DNA from: Parcubacteria group bacterium
Lineage (GTDB): Bacteria; Patescibacteriota; Minisyncoccia; Moranbacterales; UBA11712
Reading direction: 5' to 3'
Assembly: GCA_041659685.1 (NCBI GenBank)
Contig: JBAZXV010000002.1
Location: 120,195 to 184,194 of the forward strand
Length of the DNA: 64,000 bases
This document shows positions 38,124 to 47,782 of the stretch, one piece after another. The notes under the pieces were generated by a model that saw only the letters and a program-made list of their open reading frames with translations, was not told the DNA's origin and searched no databases. Both the position numbers and the translations under genes were made by a program. Position 1 is the first letter of the stretch. Each line of letters opens with the position of its first letter.

Positions 38124-38252
38124 ATGAAGGAAAATATTAATTTGTCTCCCATAAAAGAAATGGAACTCCGGACGTCGAGGATTCTTGCTATTCCGGAAGT
38201 GCTTCAGAAATGGATGCCGGGCGGACAGAAAATAGTTAAACCAAAAAAGTAA
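38124..38252 (+). pseudogene. Chimeric remnant: aminotransferase N-terminus fused in frame to SerS C-terminus
   Basis: MKENINLSPIKEMELRTSRI-LA-IPEVLQKWMPGGQKIVKPKK*; the two halves match the ORF starting at 40969 and the end of serS. Confidence 0.9.
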
Positions 38253-38341
38253 GTATTTTTTCTGATAACAAAAAGGTCCCAAGGATCAACCCCGGGATTT
38301 TTTTTGGTTGTGCTGTTGGATGTGATTTAAAGTCTTGTCGT

Positions 38342-38746
38342 TTACAGCAGGGCAAAAAGTTTCTTCAGGCTGTCATGCGAAGCCGTATATTTATCGCCAA
38401 GAAATTCATCTTTTGTCACCCATTTATACTCCGTGATATTTTCATCGGCGGGATTTTTTGTTATATCAATATCATAATTATTGGCGGTGCATAAGAACGT
38501 TGTGCAAACCACCTGGTCTCCGTCATGCCTGAAAAACCAGAAAAACCCAACAGGCTTGATAATCTCGACAGAAAGACCAATTTCTTCTCTGACTTCGCGT
38601 GCCAATGTGTCATATGGAGACTCGCCAAAATCAACTTTACCGCCCGGCAGATCCCAGACGGTTCTCCCCGCAAACTCCTGCTTAATCACAAGAAATCTTT
38701 CGCCTTGTTGTATTATGGCTTTAACCGCCGGATGTACGCGATTCAT
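38342..38746 (-). CDS. NUDIX hydrolase
   Basis: WDLPGGKVDFGES...REVREEIGL. Confidence 0.92.
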   Translation of the reverse strand: MNRVHPAVKAIIQQGERFLVIKQEFAGRTVWDLPGGKVDFGESPYDTLAREVREEIGLSVEIIKPVGFFWFFRHDGDQVVCTTFLCTANNYDIDITKNPADENITEYKWVTKDEFLGDKYTASHDSLKKLFALL

Positions 38747-38767
38747 ATTTTAGAAAAAAATTAAAAA

Positions 38768-39652
38768 TTATTGCCACCCGAGCCGTTGGTAAACATCGCT
38801 AATTGATTTATTGAAAGATCCCCGCTGTTCCAATGAAATTGTGGCTGTCATCGCCGCGAATTGTCCGCATTTTTCAAAGTCATCGAATAATTCCAATGAT
38901 CTGATAAACGCAGCCATATAGACATCGCCGGCGCCGGTCGGATCAGCAACTCGTTTCGGAGGATAGGCAGGGATCTCAATAATTCTATCCTTTGAGAAAA
39001 TACGGGAACCTTTGGAAGCGTTCGTTGCCGCAATCATAAAAGTTCCTTTTTCTTGGATTTTCTTAGCCGCTTCTTCCGCTGTGTCTTTTTGGGAGACAAA
39101 CTTGATTTCATTTTCATCCAGAAACAAATAGTCAATATATTGCGCGGCATTCATCAGATTTTCCGGATGTTTCTGAATAAATTTATTTCCAATTCCATAG
39201 GTGAACATCCCAAAATTTCCATGAACAATTTTTTTTCCAAGATTTTTCTTTATTGCGGTAAATAATTCCAAAGGGATGTTATCATGAAAGAGAGGCGAGA
39301 GGACAATATAATCAAAGGATTTCAGTTTGGACAATAACTCATCTGTTGGATGGATGATATTCGGGCTATAATCAATTTCGATTGATCGGCATACATCCGG
39401 ATTGTCGCTGGTGTATATCCTTTCGAATTCCAGTGTTTTTTGGACCGGAATATGTTCAACTGTAACGTCTGTTAAGTTCTTTCTGAACCATTTGTCGTCC
39501 CGGGAAGCATAAGTGACAAAAACCGTTGTCTCCGCTCCAAGACGGGCAAAAACATTTCCCGCATAATATGGAATACCCCCGACTTGAATCTCGGTATTCT
39601 TATCAACAGTGACGCGGTCTTTCACGATTGGACCAAGAATGGCGACTTTCGT
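38768..39652 (-). CDS. PfkB-family carbohydrate/nucleoside kinase (start uncertain)
   Basis: KVAILGPIVKD..GG, DENE, DPTGAGD signature; the conserved N-terminus extends upstream of GTG 39625 to an ACG at 39652. Confidence 0.85.
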   Translation of the reverse strand, partial: TKVAILGPIVKDRVTVDKNTEIQVGGIPYYAGNVFARLGAETTVFVTYASRDDKWFRKNLTDVTVEHIPVQKTLEFERIYTSDNPDVCRSIEIDYSPNIIHPTDELLSKLKSFDYIVLSPLFHDNIPLELFTAIKKNLGKKIVHGNFGMFTYGIGNKFIQKHPENLMNAAQYIDYLFLDENEIKFVSQKDTAEEAAKKIQEKGTFMIAATNASKGSRIFSKDRIIEIPAYPPKRVADPTGAGDVYMAAFIRSLELFDDFEKCGQFAAMTATISLEQRGSFNKSISDVYQRLGWQ

Positions 39653-39664
39653 AGCAATTGATAA

Positions 39665-40813
39665 TTACGAATTATTCCCCCGGTTTTTTTTATTGGCTAT
39701 TTGTTGGGCGCCCGGTGCGGCAGGGAAGCTTATCTCTTTGGGATCATTGGGTTGATCCGGAAGACATGATATGAAATGTTTTCTTCCGTTTTCATCTTTC
39801 AATATTCTGAATCCGATAATCTTTCCTTTTTCCGCGCCGATTCTGTTAAATTCTTTATTCAGGAAATAAATCAGCTGGTTCTCGTGGCTGAAACCCAAAA
39901 CGCGGATTCTTTTATGCCGGGGATGGTCGGCTTCGTAGGCGTCTATTGCATCATCATATCTTTCCATGAGATAAAGAGTATTGCGAAAATTTTTCTCGTA
40001 CATATCCTTCACGGACGCAAAATGCGGAATAATATTACTGTCCGAACTCTGCCGGGCCTTATGTTCGTCAAACAATCTTTGCAATTGTTCAGAATATTCC
40101 AGGAAATTGGCGCCCCAACTGCCTTTATTATCCGCCTCGATTATTTTTCGAGCTTCAGCCCATAATTCCTTGTATCCATCCGGTATTTTTTCGAGATATT
40201 TTTTCTGGACTTTATTCATGTAATTATCCTGATGGAAAATGAATTCAACAAACATTTGTTTGATGTTATCAAGCGACAACGGTCCGAGTGTGCGGATCTC
40301 GTTTCCGCCTTGCCTTTCGAACAATTCTTTTGTCACCTGGCCGCGGCTTTGATGAAATTCCTTTTTTGCTTGATTCAATTTTTCGAATTCCTCCTGACTG
40401 AGAAAATTGACGTTGCCGTGATCATCGCCGGCAATAATTTTAACAGTAAATCCTTTTTCTTTCGCGACTTCGAGATAAATCGCCGCTGTTTGTCTCGAAC
40501 GGGTCAGAGCGGATGACGCAATTGCTATTTCATCGGTGTTTGGATTGAAATGATTAAAAAATTCATTAGCCATTTCGTATGCGTGCTCCCTTCCTTTTAC
40601 CGATAAATCTTCCGGCGGTTGGGCTAGTTTTTCGAATAATTGCAAAGGCTCCGAACTTCTCGGAATCATCTCATTTTGCGAATAGATGGCGTCATCGTGC
40701 CGTCCTATGCCGTATCGTAATTTGGCGTACGAAGCTTCTTCTCTTATTCGTTCCGGAGTGATGGTTTTGAGTTCATTTTCTCCGGAAACATGTTTATCAT
40801 TAAATCTTTCCAT
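39665..40813 (-). CDS. Histidine phosphatase superfamily-like protein
   Basis: GRHD, SSALTRSRQTA, and a late FSHE motif. Confidence 0.6.
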   Translation of the reverse strand: MERFNDKHVSGENELKTITPERIREEASYAKLRYGIGRHDDAIYSQNEMIPRSSEPLQLFEKLAQPPEDLSVKGREHAYEMANEFFNHFNPNTDEIAIASSALTRSRQTAAIYLEVAKEKGFTVKIIAGDDHGNVNFLSQEEFEKLNQAKKEFHQSRGQVTKELFERQGGNEIRTLGPLSLDNIKQMFVEFIFHQDNYMNKVQKKYLEKIPDGYKELWAEARKIIEADNKGSWGANFLEYSEQLQRLFDEHKARQSSDSNIIPHFASVKDMYEKNFRNTLYLMERYDDAIDAYEADHPRHKRIRVLGFSHENQLIYFLNKEFNRIGAEKGKIIGFRILKDENGRKHFISCLPDQPNDPKEISFPAAPGAQQIANKKNRGNNS

Positions 40814-40968
40814 AATATTTGATATAAATTAAAAGCTATACAGTATAAACAATCTTTATTTCAATAATTGACTCATTGGTGGAAAACCGCTAAAATTCCT
40901 TTGTATTTAACTTGTATTGATTATAACAGCCCTTCTTAACCACTGGCAAATCAGCCTTAAATCATGAT

Positions 40969-42180
40969 ATGGAAGACGGAAAAATAAATCTATCCCCCAT
41001 AAAGGAAATGGAGCTCCGGGCGTCGAGGATTTCCGGAGTTATTTCGCTGGCTCAAGGCGTGCCGTCTTTTGACACTCCGGAACCGATAAAGAGGGCGGCC
41101 ATCGAAGCTATTGAGAAGGGGAAGGTGGCCAGATATTCTCTCGCTCCCGGGACGCTTGAGTTTCGGGAATCAATTGCCCAGAGCCTGGAACGGGAAAATA
41201 AATATTTCGACTTTGAAGACGAGATTATCGCCACTGCCGGATCAATCGAAGCCATAACGGCGACAATGCTGGCGATCCTCACGCCGGGGGATGAAGTGCT
41301 TATCCCGGATCCGACCTATACGTCATACCAGCCCGCTATAAAAGTGGCGCGCGGGGTTCCTGTTTTCGTTCCGCTCGACGAAAAAAGGCACTGGGCGTTT
41401 GATATTGATAAATTTGAGAAACTTATTACTCCCCGCACAAAAGCCTTTCTTTTTTGCAATCCAAATAATCCGACCGGAACGATATTCAGCCGAAACCAGC
41501 TTCATGCGCTGGCGCAAATCGCCATTAAACACAACATATACATCCTCAGCGACGAAGTGTACAAGGATTTTGTTTTTGACTCGGAAGAGAGGCTTTACTC
41601 GCTTGCGGAGCTTCGCGGCATCCGCGACCGGCTTATCTATATCTTTTCTTTTTCTAAGGCTTATGCCATGACGGGGTGGAGAATCGCATATCTTGCGACT
41701 CATCAGGATCTGGCGAGAAAAATTCTGGCAGTTCATGACGCTCTTGTCACCTGCGCGCCGGTAGTTTCTCAATTTGCCGCCATGGGGGCGCTTGAAATGG
41801 CCAGAGAAGATGTTTCTTATTTTAAGGAATATTTTAAAAAAAGGAGGGATTTAACGTGCAAAAGGCTTGATAAATTGAGTCATGTTTTCGAATATCAAAA
41901 ACCAGACAGCGCCTATTTCGTTTTTCCGAAAATAAAGGATGATTTTCTTAAAAAATTTGCATCCGGCATGCCTGTGGCGAATCGCAAAGAAACCAGGGAA
42001 AGCGGCGGCTCGTGGCAGCTTGCCATAGAATTGCTGGAAAAGGCCAAGGTTGCCGTCGTTCCGGGGGCGGCATTCGGTCCAAGCGGAGAAAATCACATTC
42101 GAATGTGCTTTGGGAGATCGGAAGAAGACATAAATTTGGCCTTTGACAGGATGGAAAATTTTTTCGACAGTCCGGCCTAA
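40969..42180 (+). CDS. PLP-dependent class I/II (aspartate-like) aminotransferase
   Basis: SLAQGVPSF, NPNNPTG, SDEVY, SFSKAYAMTGWR, PGAAFG. Confidence 0.95.
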   Translation: MEDGKINLSPIKEMELRASRISGVISLAQGVPSFDTPEPIKRAAIEAIEKGKVARYSLAPGTLEFRESIAQSLERENKYFDFEDEIIATAGSIEAITATMLAILTPGDEVLIPDPTYTSYQPAIKVARGVPVFVPLDEKRHWAFDIDKFEKLITPRTKAFLFCNPNNPTGTIFSRNQLHALAQIAIKHNIYILSDEVYKDFVFDSEERLYSLAELRGIRDRLIYIFSFSKAYAMTGWRIAYLATHQDLARKILAVHDALVTCAPVVSQFAAMGALEMAREDVSYFKEYFKKRRDLTCKRLDKLSHVFEYQKPDSAYFVFPKIKDDFLKKFASGMPVANRKETRESGGSWQLAIELLEKAKVAVVPGAAFGPSGENHIRMCFGRSEEDINLAFDRMENFFDSPA

Positions 42181-42235
42181 GGCTTGGTTTCAGGCCGAGG
42201 CCGGCAAATAATATATTTATTTTTAGGTGAGAATT

Positions 42236-42979
42236 ATGAAAAAAATTTTTAAGCCAGTTGTCCAATTTTATCTCAAGATTTTCACCAAAATTATTCTCCG
42301 GCGGCACAGGCCTTTTGTTATTTCTGTGGCGGGAACCACAAATAAAACCACAGTCAAGGAATACATCCTTAAGTTTCTCCGGGAAAAGTACGGTGAAAGC
42401 GAAGTCCGGGGAAACCCGAAATCTTATAATACGGAGATTGGTTTGCCCCTGGCTATCCTGTATCTCGAATCAGGAGATTCATCTTCTTTGAAATGGCTTA
42501 AAATCCTCATTCAAGCCAAAATAATGGCTCTCTTCGGGCGAAAATTTCCCTCCAAGCTTGTTTTAGAGCTGGGAGTGGAAGAAAAAGGAGACATGAAAGA
42601 ACTGCTTGAGATAGTGAAGCCGAATGTGGCGATTATCACTAATATAGAAGGAAGCTACACGTATTCAAATTCCAGCCTGGAAGTAATCAAGGACGAGCTG
42701 AAGCAGCTTATTTTGAAAATACCCGCGGATGGTTATGTCCTATTGAACAGCGACGATGAAAGAGTGAAAGAACTTAAGGATTTTGCCAGGGGAAAAGTCA
42801 TTACATACGGATTCCAGGAAGGATCAGACGCGTGGGCCACGGAACAAAAAACTGATGTCGAAGGACAAACTTTCAGCTTCGATTTTCAGGGAAAAAGCGA
42901 GCCAGTCCGCATCAGAAAATACGGCCGTCAGAATATTTACGCCTGGATGGCGGCTAAGGTAGTAAAAAGCATTTTATGA
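42236..42979 (+). CDS. Truncated Mur ligase (MurF-like), central domain only
   Basis: SVAGTTNKTTVKE, YNTEIGLPL, LVLELG, LLNSDD; no C-terminal domain. Confidence 0.75.
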   Translation: MKKIFKPVVQFYLKIFTKIILRRHRPFVISVAGTTNKTTVKEYILKFLREKYGESEVRGNPKSYNTEIGLPLAILYLESGDSSSLKWLKILIQAKIMALFGRKFPSKLVLELGVEEKGDMKELLEIVKPNVAIITNIEGSYTYSNSSLEVIKDELKQLILKIPADGYVLLNSDDERVKELKDFARGKVITYGFQEGSDAWATEQKTDVEGQTFSFDFQGKSEPVRIRKYGRQNIYAWMAAKVVKSIL

Positions 42980-43038
42980 CGGACATCCCGGCTTCAAACA
43001 ATGTCAATTCTTAAGGATTAGTATTCTTTAGTCCATTT

Positions 43039-43914
43039 ATGCCCTTCTTTCAAAAAAAAGAAAAGAATAAAACCTGGAGAAGAAAAGCCCCCCGGATGTA
43101 TTCCGGAGTTCCCCGCAAGGAAAAGAAAAAAGAAAAAAAAGGGTTTTCGCGCTTTCTTTTTTGGTTTCTGTCGCTGGTATTTTTTGGGGTATGTATTTAT
43201 CTCCTGGTCTTTTCTTCTCTGCTTGAGATAGAGACAGTCTCGGTTGAAGGCAATCAGAGCGTTCCGTCTGAAGAAATAATCGACCGGGTGAATGAATCAA
43301 TAGGCGGGAATTACTATAAATTATTTCCCAAAAATAATTTTTTCCTGGTCAATAGCAGGGAAATTGACGGCGCTTTGAGAAATAATTTCTATCGTCTGGA
43401 AGTGGCGGGAATCGAAAAGAAATTTCCTAAAGCCATTCTTGTTAAAGTTAAGGAGCGCCAACCGGAAATGGTTTGGTGCAGCGGGGGAGTTTGCTATCTT
43501 ATCGATAAAGAGGGGCTTGCCTATACGGGAACCAATGGGGCTGACGATGAAATGAAGAACAGAAATTTCCTGACGGTGATTGACGACAACTCCAGATCTG
43601 TTGACATCGGAAAAACAACCATAGGGAAGGATTTTATTGAATATCTCAAACAAACGGATGCTGTGCTGACCGACGATCTGAAGCTTGAAATAGAAGACAC
43701 TTATCATACTCCGGCATTAGCCTCTCAGGAAATATTCGTGAAAATAAAGGAAGGGGACGGATGGATACTGAAGCTTTCAAGCGGCGTGGCGCCGGATGAG
43801 ACCAAAAAAATTATCCAGACTATCTTCGACAAAGATTTGAATCCGGAAAAGAGAAAAAATCTCGACTATTTGGATTTGAGAGTCAAAGGAAAAGCGTATT
43901 ATAAATTGAAATAA
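43039..43914 (+). CDS. ftsQ: FtsQ/DivIB POTRA-domain protein
   Basis: Basic N-terminus, TM, VEGN POTRA, KKFP..I.V.V.ER, DYLDLR. Confidence 0.8.
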   Translation: MPFFQKKEKNKTWRRKAPRMYSGVPRKEKKKEKKGFSRFLFWFLSLVFFGVCIYLLVFSSLLEIETVSVEGNQSVPSEEIIDRVNESIGGNYYKLFPKNNFFLVNSREIDGALRNNFYRLEVAGIEKKFPKAILVKVKERQPEMVWCSGGVCYLIDKEGLAYTGTNGADDEMKNRNFLTVIDDNSRSVDIGKTTIGKDFIEYLKQTDAVLTDDLKLEIEDTYHTPALASQEIFVKIKEGDGWILKLSSGVAPDETKKIIQTIFDKDLNPEKRKNLDYLDLRVKGKAYYKLK

Positions 43915-44008
43915 ATACGCATAGCGGACAAAAGAATATTGGTGTCCCGCCTTGGCGGGATTTTTCATGCGGGAACCATATTTGCAACGAGTTCCTTTTT
44001 TTTGCACT

Positions 44009-45808
44009 CTATTTATCTTTGATATTATAGATCAGGATAGACCCTCCAATATTGGCGTCAGGCTCTCTTTCCCGAAGCCACTGATAATCCGGTTTTCCCT
44101 CGGTGATTTTGTCGTAAAGGGAATTTTCCAAAAAGGTGGCGGAGATCGCATACCAACCCGGCTCCTGGCCCATATGAGCATGCCAGATGATGGCTTTGTC
44201 TCCGAGATAATGTCCGACATCGCCGCCTCCGAAATAGTCTATGCGGATTTTATCGATGTTGTTCTCTTCGACAAATTTTTGAAGGCGTTTCAAATCTTGT
44301 CCCCAATCGACATTCGAATCGGTTACATATTTGTACCCATTCTTCGAACCGCCGACAGTCTCGTTGAAATAGGCAAGGTAGCCGGGGTAAGCGGCCGCAG
44401 TCTCCGCAAGGAGCCAAAAAAGCATGAGAAAAACAAATCCCCAATAAATTTTTTTCCCGGATTTACTGATTTTCTCTGAGAAAAGGGTCACTTCTTTTGC
44501 GATCAAAACATACATGAACGGCAAGATGGGGAAAAGGTGGCGAAAGCCGATGTTGAGGTTGCCGGTTATGCTGACGTAGGCATAAAGGGCGATGAAGGCC
44601 AGCATGGAAAATTCGGCAATATGCCCGTCAAGATAATTTTTCATGTTCGTCCATATTTTTTTCGGAAAAGCCGTAAGATTGCGATTTAAGGCGGTATAAA
44701 TCCCGAAAGCGGATGCAAAAAGAAGAAGGATTAACGCCGGAAGCGATTCCTTTATCAAAAATACCATTGGAAAATACGACCGAAAGCTTTGATTGGTCAC
44801 TTGTCCGAAAAAATAAGTTGTGTTTCCTCCCTCGACTCTTCCAAAGACCATGAAAAGACCGATCAGATATTGGCTGTAAGGCCTGAGTATCGGATTATCC
44901 GCCATCATATGAAGATAGGGAGTTATTATTTGCTGGGTGCCTCCGTAAAGCTGGGTGTCAATCAGATTATGAATTTTTGATACCGGCATATCGAAAATAT
45001 TGATCTCGTATACGATCCCAACCAAAATCCCGGCAATAACAAGAACCATGATGAAGGATGCCGCGTAAAGATAAAATTTTTGGAGCCAGAATTTTTTTAT
45101 TTTTTCGGATCCCAAGAGGGAAAATTTGACGCGCTCTTTTCGCGCGAAAATATAAACAAGAAGAGTGAGGCCGAAAATGGGAAGAATAAGGACGGCCGAA
45201 AATTTAGCCAATTGAGCCAGCCCGAAAAATATGCCTGCAAGAAAGATGGTTTTCCAGCCGGGGTTTTTCAAATACTTTATGAAAAAATAAAATGCAAAGA
45301 AAACAAAAGCGGCAATCCCAAGATCAGTCGTAACATAATGATCATGGCCGAGAATATTGGGATCAAAAGCATAAAGGGCGAGAGCAATCAAGCCGGCTTT
45401 TACCCCGAAAAGTTCTTTTGTCCAGCGGAAAACAAGCCAGCCCAGGAGCAAGGAAAGAATAATGATGGGGAAGCGGGACCAGAAAAGGATGGCCTCGGTA
45501 TTGTTGCCGGGGAGGTATATAAATCTCCATCCCGCGTTCCACTGGCCGTTTGGTTCGGTTGTCCAGTAACTTTCATCGGTAGGAAAAGTAACTTTGAGAA
45601 ATTGGAGGGGGATTCCCGCTAAATCCTTAAGGATGGGAGGATGCTCGGGATTGAGCCGGTAATCATGAAATTTGACATAACTGTATCCGGAGGGGATATG
45701 GGCCACTTCGTCCATTATGGCGGCGTCTCCCAGTGATGTGCCGATGGAAATAGCTAGCATTACAAGCAAAATTGCGGCAACGATGTGCTTCTGATATTTT
45801 TCGAGCAT
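44009..45808 (-). CDS. GT-C (ArnT/PMT family) glycosyltransferase
   Basis: DEVAH, NPEHPP, multi-TM, DSNVDWGQD. Confidence 0.85.
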   Translation of the reverse strand: MLEKYQKHIVAAILLVMLAISIGTSLGDAAIMDEVAHIPSGYSYVKFHDYRLNPEHPPILKDLAGIPLQFLKVTFPTDESYWTTEPNGQWNAGWRFIYLPGNNTEAILFWSRFPIIILSLLLGWLVFRWTKELFGVKAGLIALALYAFDPNILGHDHYVTTDLGIAAFVFFAFYFFIKYLKNPGWKTIFLAGIFFGLAQLAKFSAVLILPIFGLTLLVYIFARKERVKFSLLGSEKIKKFWLQKFYLYAASFIMVLVIAGILVGIVYEINIFDMPVSKIHNLIDTQLYGGTQQIITPYLHMMADNPILRPYSQYLIGLFMVFGRVEGGNTTYFFGQVTNQSFRSYFPMVFLIKESLPALILLLFASAFGIYTALNRNLTAFPKKIWTNMKNYLDGHIAEFSMLAFIALYAYVSITGNLNIGFRHLFPILPFMYVLIAKEVTLFSEKISKSGKKIYWGFVFLMLFWLLAETAAAYPGYLAYFNETVGGSKNGYKYVTDSNVDWGQDLKRLQKFVEENNIDKIRIDYFGGGDVGHYLGDKAIIWHAHMGQEPGWYAISATFLENSLYDKITEGKPDYQWLREREPDANIGGSILIYNIKDK

Positions 45809-45813
45809 ATATA

Positions 45814-47496
45814 TTAATTAATGTTTATAACAAAAGAATCAGTTCTGTTTCCAGGCTGGGGGTCGAGCTTTTGGACGGTTGCTCCCGGATAAATCGATTT
45901 TATTTTTGCAATCACTTCTCCATCATAGTACATCAAAACCATCTTAGCCGGCGATTTTATGGCGGACGGATCAAAATCGCGATGAAGATATGACACTCCG
46001 GGCGTTCGATAATGTGTCAGAAGTTTTACGACCTCGGCTGACACCGGAAGGCCGTCATCCATAATCTGCCCGCCGGCATTGGCGACGACATATTTATGGA
46101 CACTACCGGGAAGGTTGTTGATATAGAGCGCCATATTTTTGAAGTTTTGGGAAAAAGCAGGGTGGATTTCAAGGCTTTGTCCCCAGTCGACGAAATATCT
46201 TCTGGTTGAAACGCAGCCGCTATAGAGGACCACGGAAACAAGGATCAGATAAGCGGGAATTTTAACGTATTTATTTTTAACTTTCAGAATCTGGCGATAA
46301 AAAATTTCAATCCCGTAGGCGGCAATAAGAAGCGCTGCCGGGAGCGATCCGATTGTCCTGATCGCGTGCGGAATCCCTTCATAAGCGAGCAGTCCCGGAA
46401 GAAGCATGATTAAAAGCCAGGAAAGGAGCAGGGCTGAAATAATGAGATTATCGCTGCGCTTTTTGTTTCGAAATCTCCGGTAAGTCCAGTATAATATCTG
46501 AATAAAAAGAAGGGCGGCTCCGAAAAGAAAGAAAAGGCCGATAAAAAACGGCAGTTCCGGCTGGCTGGGAAGATTGTGCCTCCAATTTTGGTCTCCGTGG
46601 AAATTAAACATTCCCAAAGTAAGCGCCGTGCTTGTTTTCAAGGCCTTCCAGAGATGTCCCTGGTTAACTTTTGGGCTGAAAACTGAAACAGCCTCCGATC
46701 GGGTTTCGAAGTATTCCGGGTGGGAATAAAAAGTGAGGAGAATTGGAAGGGCGATAATGAAAATTGTGAGGAGATAAACCAGTATTTCTTTCCAATGCTC
46801 CCTGAAAAAATTTTTTCGGGCAAGGAGAAAGGCAATAAAGAGCGCGACCAGAATTGCCGGCGCTATCCGAAATGCAATGTAGGTGTGGACGCCGAGGCCG
46901 AAAAAAGCTCCGGCGAGAATATAATCGCGCATTTTTCGAGTCCTCAGTCCCTTGAAGAGAAAATAGAAAGAAAAAACCATCACGAAAGGGAGCATATTGG
47001 CCCGAAAAGCAATACGATTGAAATTAATCGCCCAAAAAGTCGTGGCGTACAGGAATCCGGCAACCAGACCGGCGTGCCAGGACTTAAAAAGTTCCCGGGC
47101 AAGGAGAATCATCCCGAGAACCGTGAGGGTGCCAAAAAAAACCGACCACATTTTGAGAGTGATAACGCTCGCACCAAAAAAAACAAAACCGGAAGCAATT
47201 AGATTTATATAAAGGCCTTCCCGGCCGTAATTATTCGGATAAAAAAGCTTGAAATTTCCGGTTTCGATGGCGTTAATGGCGTCGGTTCCATTAACAGCTT
47301 CGTCGGGATATATTCCGGGGGGAAGCGAAGAAAGGTGGTATGTCCGGATAAAAAGCGCGCCGAGAACGATTACGGCGCCGGCTAGGAGATATAGATATTT
47401 GGTTTTTTTTGACAGGAAGTGTTCTTTTATAAGTTCTTTCTTTTCAAAAACAACACTCCTCAAATTTTCCTGTTGAGGCTCGGTTTTATTTCTCAT
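45814..47496 (-). CDS. GT-C (family 39-like) glycosyltransferase
   Basis: PPGIYPDEA, NYGREGL, multi-TM; start uncertain. Confidence 0.85.
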   Translation of the reverse strand: MRNKTEPQQENLRSVVFEKKELIKEHFLSKKTKYLYLLAGAVIVLGALFIRTYHLSSLPPGIYPDEAVNGTDAINAIETGNFKLFYPNNYGREGLYINLIASGFVFFGASVITLKMWSVFFGTLTVLGMILLARELFKSWHAGLVAGFLYATTFWAINFNRIAFRANMLPFVMVFSFYFLFKGLRTRKMRDYILAGAFFGLGVHTYIAFRIAPAILVALFIAFLLARKNFFREHWKEILVYLLTIFIIALPILLTFYSHPEYFETRSEAVSVFSPKVNQGHLWKALKTSTALTLGMFNFHGDQNWRHNLPSQPELPFFIGLFFLFGAALLFIQILYWTYRRFRNKKRSDNLIISALLLSWLLIMLLPGLLAYEGIPHAIRTIGSLPAALLIAAYGIEIFYRQILKVKNKYVKIPAYLILVSVVLYSGCVSTRRYFVDWGQSLEIHPAFSQNFKNMALYINNLPGSVHKYVVANAGGQIMDDGLPVSAEVVKLLTHYRTPGVSYLHRDFDPSAIKSPAKMVLMYYDGEVIAKIKSIYPGATVQKLDPQPGNRTDSFVININ

Positions 47497-47782
47497 TTTA
47501 TCGAACTTATGCAATCTGAAACTTTATTTTATTATACCTTAAAAGCGGGATGTCAACAATGAGAGATTCAGAATCTTTTTCAGTTCCTAATTCATTTATT
47601 ATCAACACATTCCATCCGGCAAAAAAAGATCGGATTGAGTTATCCACAATGTTCTAATTAAATTAATTTTGTGGTATAATTTAAAAAAGCGCTGGTTTAA
47701 TTTTCGGCGTTAAAATAAAAAGAAAAAAACTCGGAATCTAAATCTCAATCAAAGATATTTTTTGGTTTATTTTGATATTATT

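Noticed and set aside
47640-47648. DnaA box TTATCCACA (another at 1014-1022 on the minus strand) as oriC
   Set aside because: Isolated single boxes, with no cluster and no dnaA/dnaN nearby
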